From assembly GCA_964057225.1 (NCBI GenBank), contig OZ059897.1, positions 6,448,001 through 6,512,000 on the forward strand: a stretch of DNA of 64,000 nucleotides. Direction: 5' to 3'. The translations under genes and the position numbers were made by a program. The notes beneath the pieces were generated by a model. That model ran no database searches and had not been told where the DNA came from. It saw nothing but the letters and a program-made list of their open reading frames with translations. Position 1 is the first letter of the stretch. The number at the start of each line of letters is the position of its first letter. Shown here piece after piece: positions 24,842-36,269 of the stretch. This DNA comes from Auanema rhodensis. Taxonomy: Eukaryota; Animalia; Nematoda.

Positions 24842-26445
24842 TTTAGTTTTAACTAGTATTAACTACAAAAGATGAATATTAGTAAATGATCAAATGATAG
24901 TAAAACTGGCAATTCAAAGAAAAAGCAAACAATCAGCAGTCAAAATGAAATGTTTTTATTAACTTCAGCTGCTTATAACGATTAGGACGTGTTGGAAATA
25001 TTTAAATGAACGAAAATGGGAGTAGATAGGTAGCAGCCATAGTAGTCAAACATTCTTAGAAATTTAATAGCATCAACTGATAATACCTTGTTGATATTAT
25101 CTGCTATGTAACGCTAAAAAGGACAACGTAACATGAAAGAAATCATAACAACACTAAATTCAAAACAATACAAAAACATTCTTGTGAAAACTGGAAGAAT
25201 TTTTCATATTTCATTTCAATTTAAAGATCATCAAAAATAGATATTACACAGTTCATTTCTCTGCGAAAAGTGAAACTTCTTTCACATTTCTTCAGACAAC
25301 TAAAACAATGAGTGCAAAAGAACTCAGGTCAATGGTATAATTACAACAGTACAACTGAATAAGCCGAAGATTGAACATTTAAAAATGGATATAACCAAAC
25401 TTCAACAGGTTTACTCTAATAATCAAAACATAAACACAGAAATTCTTTGATATATCTTAATAGGACATAGCACTCACTCTCTTTCTGATAAGATCACTTA
25501 TTAACGATTATAGACCAAGGTACAGAAAGCACAATCAAAGGTAATATTAATAATAATAATGAAAGAAAATAAGCCTTGCGTATATAGTGAGGAATTCAAC
25601 ATTTTGATTATAACTATAGTATAACTTGTAACCACAGACCAAATGTCGCCAACTAATAATTTATATTATTTTTCAAATTAGATAAATAATACTTGTAATA
25701 TGGTGTATAAAGAATTGATTGATAGCATTATTAGCAATAATAATAAAGTTTGTGAAGTTTTGGAAAGCAACTATTTCACTTACTTACTCTTTATAAAATC
25801 GTCAATTTGAAACGCGAGTCCTTGTGATCAACCGCTCTGTTTGGAATACTACTAGCAAATAACCTTCTACGTGTTTTACGTGAACAGAATACACGACAGC
25901 AAATTCTGATTTTATCGATTGTAATGGGTATTAGAATGCTATAGGATAGTAATACTATGTGAAATATTCATATATTGTTTTGCCGACACTCCTTTGAATG
26001 GTTGTGCGACGATATATTTGATGTAAGAAACATATATCAAAAGTAATAAAAACAAACTGTATCAAGCACTTTTATAGTAAAAAGTATGTACAACATTTAA
26101 AAGAATAGGGTTAAACTGTACATTTGTTGGTTATGTCCGTATCATGTATTTATAAAACATGTATAACTTGACAGCTATATAACCCATAACACGGTGAGGT
26201 TAAACAACAACAAAAGGAAAAACAAAAAAAATGAGGATCATTCTTATTAGGAGCTGAAAAGTAGAAGCGCCCAATTAGGAAAGATAGGAATAAATAAAAC
26301 ATGATGAGCGTCAGAAGAGAAGGAATCACAGAAACGTTCAAGTGGCAATGATTAAACCGATATGCAATACTAATAAATGAGACCTACTTCATTAAAGCTG
26401 AATTAGAAATTCCGACTATGTCATCGATAAACCGAAATAAGACAA

Positions 26446-29297
26446 CTAAAGGATTGAGCATCTATGATGCTTTTCATCCAAAGATGGCATACAAATATTT
26501 TCAGAACGTTTAGAATTATTAAATACAATACAAGTTGTAATGGAGTTCCGTGAGTTCCATGACGTTTTCATAGCGTTGTTATTTATAGAATCATCTATAA
26601 ATGAAAGTTATAACTTAAAAGTCAAACAGAACTAGACTGACCTTTCTCCATCGAATGATCAATGGAATTCAGAGACAGCTGTGAAGTAGATAACCTCAAG
26701 GGTTGCACTGTAACTACGTCGACAGCTGAGGGGACGCAAAAGTTCTAAAACATAGTATCAAATGTTAAAAAAAACTAGCATATATGTAACAAACCTCTTC
26801 ATCATCACTCTTTTCTTCTATTGAATCGCATGCAGATGAAGTGGACTAAACAATTAGCATTAGAAAAGCATTTTTAACAGCAAATTTACCACTATATCCA
26901 CATTCATAGCCAATGGTGGAGATTCATTTTGATGAAGTGACTTAATATCTACAGAAGACTTTGTAGCTAAGCATTCAGGTATCATCGTATGCCGACGAGA
27001 TGGGAAGCGTTTCATAGATTTGACAAAATTCTAAAAAAAACAGCCACTTAGTGTATTCGATAAGAGCATTGTTGTATACCATATCAAAATCACGATAAGC
27101 CATTGGAATGCCACCTGTGGATACATCAGCTTCTTCATCCACAGGGTCTAGTATATATTCAGTCTCACATGGCATAGATGAACATCGTCTACGATAAGTT
27201 CTGGAAACAATTAAGTTAATTTAATAACTCCCTTATAGATTTTACCTTCTAATAGAATCTGACATCAAGCTCGATACCATTTCATGTTTTGTGTCACTTC
27301 GCCGCCTACCTTCAACACGTGGTATAATCTTTCTTTCTTTTCTAAAAAAAAAAATTAGGAAAACATGCGGAAAACAAAAAAAACCTGTATCTTTCGTGTT
27401 TTAAGAATGGATTTGTATGATGATCATAACTTGGCTCGACTTTAGCTACATCACTGGCAAGTTGTTTCATCGCCGTAATAGATGATTCATCAGCAATACC
27501 TACAAATAAGAATATGTGTAAGTCCTTTTTTGGAATTATTATTACCTTCAATTATGGGCTTATTAGAGAACATATTAGTTGAAAGTTTTCGGCCATTAAG
27601 GTTGCGAGGCTTTTTCAATGCAGCATCCGATCTTGATCGTCCTAATCTTAGCTCCATCGACACTATAGAAGGTCTTATCAAAAAATTTCATTTAATTACA
27701 AACTTACAATCTTTGTCCATCGATGGCGATTGAGGCATGTGTTGCAACATTTTCCGGAGCGAAGCAGCTAATGAAGCAAAACTAGGCCTGGAACCAGGAT
27801 CCAACTAAAAACATTGTAAAGTAAAAAGCTGAGGGAACTATAGAAACTCACAAGGCAAGAATTGAAAGCTAATTTTAAAAATTCCAATGGAGTATCAGGT
27901 GGACAACAAGGAGTAAATAGTACATAATCTAGACCAAAATTGCTTGTACGATGTAGTCCACTATCAGGATCTGCTTCAATTCGGGCAATCATTTGGCATA
28001 AAATGATTCCAAAAGAGAACACATCAGACTATATACATTCAATTGATAAGAAATGTTTTCAAATAAAAACTCACTTTCTCATCGTAATATTCTTCCTTCA
28101 GACATTCAGGGCTCATGTAATAAGTTGTACCAACCTAGAATGAATTTAAATAAGACAACAGCATATTTTGAATATAATACCTGTGGCAACTTCTCGCCCC
28201 TTTTAGGAAAACTGCACGATAACCCAAAGTCGGCAACTATGGCTCGGCTTGACAACAGATCATTACTATCGTCACTATGACGAATAAGCACATTCTAAAA
28301 AGAAGAAAAGACTTCTTGTTTTAATCACTCCACAAACAAACCATGCTTGTTAAATCCCTATGCATTATTCCTTGACTATGAATATATTCCATAGCAGAAG
28401 CAATATGAAGGGCGAACTCTGTTCGTAAGTGCCACGGAAATAGGGCGAACCGGTCCAAAATAAGACGGGATAAGCTGTCACCTTGGCAAAAATCAACCAG
28501 CAGTTGAATATCCCACTCTAAAAAAAGATTTTTTTTACAATAACATGAATAACCCCGGTCACTTACTTCCATCAAAAGTACGCTCGAGACAAATTCCCTT
28601 TAACGCTAAGATGTTCTCATGTTTTAATCTTCGCATAATATCCGCTTCACGGGCAACTTCCGCATGGATTGATCGTCTACTTCTGTTAGCAGAGTTTTTG
28701 TTGACCTTCAGAACCATCTCTTCATTGTTTTCTCGGTGCTTCACCTATAATATATAATATTATTAAACGTTAAACATATGTCAATCATTAAAAACTAAAA
28801 TTCTAGTAGATAGATTCCAACAAAGACATTTGAATAAATGTATCAAGGTTGTTAGACAAAAAATGAAGAAAAACAAATCAGCTAAGAAATGGCACGGAAG
28901 AAAAGTTAAAAATAACAAGTCAAGGCTATAATTCAATAAATCGACGTGCGAAATAGGATCATTCACGCTGTTGGATTTGAATTATAACAAAAAAATATAT
29001 GCGCGTTTAACAAAGAACAAAATTTTAAAACTCACTCTGAGAACTTCACTGAAAAACCCTTCTCCTAACTTTTTTAGCAACTCAAAGTCATCCCGGTAAT
29101 ACAGGGGTCCGACAAGCTGCGTGATAGGGTGTGGATTTAGCTGGAAAATTAATCGTATAAGCAGGGAATAGAAATCCAGGATATCTTACCTCTCTTCTGG
29201 GACTGCTTGATGCGCTTTCATCAGAACATTCAGAGGAAGAACAACAGCTTGGATCGACCGATATACCAGATAAAGGTTGAGCCATTCTGTTTGACAT
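26446..29297 (-). CDS. TESK/Cdi-like kinase (LIMK/TESK family, TKL group): N-terminal kinase domain, C-terminal tail ending CSIL
   Basis: LGEGFFSEV, MVLK, LKHENIL, HRDLTSMN, VADFGLS, YMSPECL, DVFSFGIILCQMIARIEADPD..HRTSNFGLD (TESK-type). No LIM or PDZ domain is seen upstream in frame. The last four exons splice in phase to ...EKHHRCSIL*. The start codon is tentative. Confidence 0.88.
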
Positions 29298-32200
29298 TCC
29301 GTCTAAAACACGCACAGAGCATCTGAAAAGAGAATTATGAGTGAAATCGAAGAAACAGTTAAACATACCGAGCCCCGTCATTTCGATGTGTAGAACCTAA
29401 GTCCTTCAAAACTATGATATTGGATACCATCATGATGCTGAACGTTGATCGAGTGTTTCTTTCCCTCACATAGCACTGCAACTATTGTTCTTAAGCTTAC
29501 AAGTAAAAAAAGAAGAGAAAAACAGGCAACAAGTTATAGAATAAATCAGCAACAACAGAAAAATATAATGATGTATGAAACCAGAAACTCCGGCATCATA
29601 TAACTTTTGCGAAAACGTTACGATCGGAAACTAATACTTCTCTAATATAAAATATACAGAAGAAAAAATACAGATATAGAAGAGGTAAAGAGAATGTGAT
29701 ATAGCGAGAAATTGGATAAATATTGAAATACAAATCATGAAAGGCAACACAAACTATTAGAAATAAATGAGAAACATATAGTAAATAATGACAAATACAT
29801 GGCAACGATGTCAGATTGAGGAGAATTAAGAGGACAGTATTGCAGAAATATTCAGTTAGTCCTAGAAAAGGAGAAAGATCGAGGAATATTGTGAGAAATA
29901 GGCTCGGATGGAAATGAAATGCTGTTTGAGATCAGCGCGGCGATAAATGCGGCGCATATTTGGGATTCCAGGGTATTGAAAACCACTTAAGTGGAAGGCA
30001 TGATGTTCTTATTATCAATTGAGTTTAAAAGAGATTTTAGAAGGAAAATGAAAATTTAAAAAAAACAAAATGAGCACTGAGAAGAGATAAGAAATTGTAA
30101 AACTAAAGGTCTTACGAGAAGTGAGAAAATGAGAGAATCATGTGAAGATTAAAGAGAAAACTGAGGAAAAGAGTATTGAAATAATGATAATCCTTGTTTT
30201 TGTCATTCTCTTGGATAAAGAAAGAGCGAAAAAAGAAAGTGAAATACTTAATGATAAGCTTCGCGATACACGACGGTAAAATAGAAAACACATAATAACA
30301 TATGAAGTAATTTGAAAAGAAAGTAAAATCGGTCAAAAGAAAGTAAAGTAACGTTATATTGATTTGTTATTATTCATAGCATTCCAAACTTTACGTGAAA
30401 AGAATTATTTTTTTTCGACTGAATGATTTAGTAAGTTAAATTACCAGGAACACTTGTAAAATACATCTGGGAAACCAACTTGAGAAAATAACTTTGTTAG
30501 GATCTTGGGATCTCAACAAAAGGATTATATAAGACATATAGCGAATGGATTTCCTACATGAGACGCTTTAACAGCCAAAAAACAAGGATGATCAGCTGGT
30601 CCGGGCGGGTGTTAGTAAGGGTGGTCGGCAGTCTAGATCAGAAGAAGAGAGATTAAAGAGAAAAAAGGAGAGTGGGAGAGAAATATGCAAACTAGCTTCT
30701 CGCTTAGAACATCGCTCTCGCAAGAATTATCCTATTCAACCCAAAATCAAAACCACAAGAAAACGCAAAATTGTGATAACAAAAAAAAGGGAAATAGAAC
30801 AATAAAAATAAAAGAAAAAAGGCGTTGGCTGATAGAGAGAGAGAAGAATCATAAAAGAACCCTGCTGAGAAGGTGAGTAATGAAATTCAGAATGAAATCA
30901 AAATTAATGAAAATAAAATATTGCAGGGCAATGATGGCAACCATACAAATACATTGCAAAGTATCTGATCTATTAGAAGAACATAAAAATTAAAGAAAAA
31001 CATAGATAGAAAAATAATTGAAAAAAATACGTTTAGAATAAAATTGAATGAGGGAAATATAAGAGATATTCAGTAAATTAGACAGCTTATATGGCAAACA
31101 TTCCTAACTGATAACAACTCAAATATCTGTTGTTATCTTTATTTTATAACAGCTGACTATGCAAACATTGATAGTAATCATAAGAAAAAAATGAAAATAT
31201 TGTGCTAAATTAAAGAAAAAAACTAAATATATGCATTAGAAATAAAAATATTTGAAACTGAATTTTTCAGCAATCGAATTTTGGCACGACGCCAAATACG
31301 ACAGGCTTACGAGGGCATGCTCAAGAAGAAGAGTGTTCAGACAGATAGAGTAAGAGAGGTTAGACACGCAGGGACAAATCATCTGTTAGGAGACTTGGGT
31401 GGTGCGTGATGGGCGAAGGGGTTTTGTGGGAGTTGAAGGCAATGATGGTCCATACATGGGCAAGTATTGGCTTCATCTATTTCTGTATTTTTCTATTAAA
31501 GAATAGAAATATTATTTATTTTGAAGACGAAGAAATGTAATAGACGGAACGATTTCCCAAAAAATTGACAAAATATTTTCGAATATATGGATCACAAGGA
31601 AAAATGCCAATGTTTTCTCTTAGTACAGATAGTCAATCTGTGGATTTTAGAAAGAGAGAGAGAGAGAGAGAGAAAAAGAGTTTGAAAACGAGAGAAATAT
31701 ATGGAGAGTAAAGAAGAAATAAAGGTATCAGTTAAAGAGATTAGCAAGAGAATGAAAGTGTTAAAAAGGAGAGAGAGAAGAAGAGTCACACCAAATGAGG
31801 TAGTACGCGTGTGGTAGACGACGAGTGTATACGGGTGTGTGACCCATGGTATTTAGATATCTAAGTGAAGGATAGACATCTTTTCTTTTCTTCACGTCGT
31901 ATGAGGAGGTAAACTAGCCAGCCAACAAAAAGAAAATAAATAAATGAATCAGAAAGATATTAAAGCTGGTCTATTTTTCTAACAAGTTATTCTTAAAACG
32001 GAAGATCAATAATCATCGATGGCTTTTATCTGAGAAACAGATTTGCCAAAAAGATTGTAGAAAGTAAACCAAAGTGGAAATGAATGTATGTATCGTGAAA
32101 AGTACATAAGAAACTGTAAAAATAAGAAGAAAGAGGAGGGAAATAGGCGATTAAAAGATGGGGGAAGACTAGAAGAAATTAGAGGAAAACTGGTAACTGT

Positions 32201-35200
32201 TTCGAAATTCTTTTTTTGTAACGTCTTCTAGAGCGAAGATCACAAATCGAATGTGTAAAAGAATATTTGAGGAAGAAATGACATCATCATATACATCTGA
32301 AGATGACTTTAATAGGCAAAATGATTGTTGTGACCTTTCGGCTTTGCTATGGTTATAGCTTTAAGTCTGCTGTTTAAGGCAATCGAGAAGGCTTAGTCTT
32401 TTGATGATTTGAGAGAAATGGAAAGGAGAAACATCAAGCAATAAGTCGGTTTCTCTTATTTAATATGCCTCTTGTACGCGCTCTCTTAGTCTGTATTCTC
32501 TCTCCCTATCGTTCAACACTTTTCTCAAAATTCCCTATCTCTTTCGATTGTTCTAGTTCTTTCTCTTGTGATCTATGCTTTCGGCACTGTCAGCGAATGG
32601 TCAGTGTCGGGTATATCGAAGAAGCCCTTAAACGAAATACATCAAAGTGTGAAGAGAATTAGAGAAAGTACAATAAAGAAAAGAGAAAAGAAATGATTAA
32701 CTAACGGTTCACAACTAGCTCTTAGCACTGCTTGTTGAAATTCTGACGGCTGACTAGGTTGAAGGAAAATTTTTTTAAAAATTTCATATAGCAAACTTGA
32801 CCATATCGCCCACATGTAGTCAGGAAGCAATTTTTGATGATTTTTCCGGTAAAGCAGATGTTATTTTCACATTCACATTGAGCAGATTGAATGATGTTGT
32901 TTACCTAAGTTGGGTTAGATGACCAATCTCATCGCGTGATTAAAGTCTTTCAAATCTAGACAGATGGACAGATGCAAGAAGTAAGACGTAGAAGATAACC
33001 TGTATCATGACTAAAGGAATAAAGGAAAACCATTTTCCTATTCAATCCTCTTTCAAATTCATCAAAATAAAAGATTTATATTCAAGGAGAGAATAGTGGA
33101 TAACAGAATGAAGCCAGCAGTGTTTTCGCGCGAAAAACAAGCAACCGTCTAGCATGAAGCAGAAGAATAAAATGAAAAATCCTTGTGAACTGTTTGAAGT
33201 CAAACGAAGAGAAAGACAAAAAGAAAACAAAAAAAAAAGGAATGAATGATCGTATCACGTACAGTGACAACAATGAATTTTCAACAAAAAAGGTCTAATT
33301 TACGTTAGTAATGACGATATGGCTCAAATTCAAAAATGAAAAACTGAAAGTTCTCGAATTGTATAAACGGAATCGGGAAGATTAGAGCGTCTATATATAC
33401 ATATTGTGACTCAGAGTCAAAGTATAACCACAACGAGGTTTTTGACTGAAAAAAACCAATCGTGTAGTGTGAGGACTGCCTCATAACCGTAGATTTTTTT
33501 ACAGAGCAAGAGAGAGTTAGTTAGAGAGAGAAAAAGAGAGCAAGAAAGTGAAGAAATAAACTAGAAATAGAGGAAGAGAGTTAAAGTAATTCCAGGAAAA
33601 AAAAGAGAAAGGTTGTATCTGGATGCGGAAGCAAAGAAGAACAAGTCTTTCAAGCAGACTATAGTCGCTAGAAACTGAGATACGAAAACAGACAATTTGT
33701 CTGCATACCAACAACTTCTGACCTTTTTGCTCTCTGTTTTGGCTTTGTATCTCTCGTCTCTCTCTCGTCTCTCTCTCTCTCTCTCTCCCTGTCCACCACC
33801 ACGTATCTATCTTTAACAAGGAAAGGAACATAACGACTTAACACCTAAACTGAAACGTGTGCAGACAAGTGTTTGTCAACTGCATTGAAGGCTAATGCTG
33901 GACCACCTAGGTGGAGCAACGGTTATGTTTGTTTGGCTTCTTGGTATCGGAGAAGTTTCGTTTCAACTCTCGCTCAAATCGTTTTACCTCTTTTCTTTTC
34001 CTACCACAATTCAGTGATCCATTCGTCACCTTTTCTCTCTTCTTCTCTCATTTAATCTCTGCTTTTCCTTTTCAACTTTACGTCCTCTCTACCTTCTCCC
34101 TTTTTCTCTTTCTCTTTCAACCTCTCTCCCTCTCGCCGTCTGTCTCTCTCTGTAGTTATTTCTCTTTTATTCACGTACTCTCTATCATGTTCAACATAAG
34201 AACTGTTGTCAAACAAACAAATGAAGAGAATCACTCTCACCTATACAAGCTTACCTATGTTTTAAAAGGAAACAAGCTTCAAATATGACACGAGACGAAA
34301 GAATATATAACTTCTAATAGCATTACAAACCGTTTCCATATAATCCTAAGATCAACATTGAAATTCAATGCTTAAGAGAGTAAGCAAATTTCCTTTTAAA
34401 TATTGATTATAATATGATAAATGTCTCTTTTCAATAAACAGCCATCAAATATGAAATTTATAGATGAAAAGTCAAGTTAAAGATGAGTGCACATGCATAT
34501 ACATACATATATAGATGTGTATGGCTTAGTATAGTAAGGCTTTATTTCATGCTAAATCTATCAAGCCTCCTTATAAATGATGTCATATAAGTGGTCAATG
34601 TAGCATTTTAAGGACAATGAACAATAAATTTTCAAATCTATATGGATGAAACTATAAAAAACGGGAGGATTGTATTCCTGTTCTTTACATAACATTCTCC
34701 TTCTTCAAATCTTATTTCAATTGATCTCAAAAGATCAATGCCATAAGAAGTCAATTGATTATACCAAAATATTAATAGAAAACAGTACTTTCAACTGAAA
34801 TTCTGTAGAAATCGATTATATAAGAATCATGAAATGTCTTTGTTTTATCTTCGTCATAGCATGATTTTCAGAAGTAAATACAGTAGTGTTTGAGAGAGAA
34901 TTAACGAAATTTTTCCTTCAAAATAAGAAAAAAACGATAATGAATAGCTATTTAAAAAAGAAAATAAATAAATAAAAATAAATGAATACATTCTTCTTCT
35001 TCTAAAAAAAAAAAATAAATTGCTTTCTAAACATATTCCTTTTTCGTTTTATTCGTTGTTATTTTAAAATGTAAACAATTGAGATAATGAAGATAATCCA
35101 ATTGATAAAACTAAAATAACTAAAACATATTTTTAAAATAAAGAAAAATAATTAAATAAATAATATAAAATATAATTTTTATTATATATTTTATGAATAA

Positions 35201-36269
35201 GAAATATTAATATATTCAATAGCTTGTTCGTTCTTTTAAACAAATTTGTTTTGAATAATTGTAGATGGGTAGATCAATGAAAATATTTCAAACGTTATCA
35301 TGACTCAGTAGTCATGAGGAAGTATTCATATTATTTTTTTCTTGTTTGTAGAGACCTTTGGACTGTTTGTGAATAAAATTAAAAAATACGAAGAAAAAGT
35401 TGTAGTTCAAGTTGTTGTCAAGTTTTAATCATGAATATTAGTATTAGAATAAATATATATTAAGAATATGGACGAGGAACGTGATGATGATCATGATGTT
35501 GATGATAGATGGCCAAGTTCATGCAATATATGCTTTAAGTGTGTACATTAGATAGTGAACGTTTGTTTGAATTCTGAAGAAAAGAACATAGTAAACTCAT
35601 TCATGTCTTTTGAAAATAGTAGATTTAACCAAAAGAAAGAACACACATATAATAAACTAAAACACTTTTCTGAATGAATTAATTACAAAAAGATTTTTTC
35701 ATGATACTGACACATATATTCCTAAAATTAGAGCTAAAATGGTATTAAATATATTAATTATAATATAAAAAAGTAAATAATATATAGTATATAAACCGGA
35801 TTTATTATTTATAATATAGTAATTACAGATTTTTACGTAATAATCTCATGTATAGATACAACGGGGGTGAAGGAAGGGCACAACTATGTAGTATGTAGGC
35901 TAGATGAATCAAACAGTAGTGAACTGAGCAAACGTTTTGAAAAGAAAAAAGGGCATGATTCAAGGCAGTTTCTCCAATAAAGATTTATATAAAAATGTAC
36001 AAAAAATCAATAGAAAATTGAAATATTTGAAAATCTGTTAAATGCTATACCGGTAGCGTGAGAGACTGGACAAGATTCGGCAAGATTTGCGTCATTTTGG
36101 ACGGATTATCAAGTGATTTTAGTTTGAATTCCTTATAAGGAATATACATATATAAGTATAGTATGACAGTATGAAAATATAAAAGCATAGATTATCCCTG
36201 AATAAAATTACATGATATAGTTAAATCAGATCAGGAGCAGAAAATGATATAAGCATTTCTGACTTTTTT

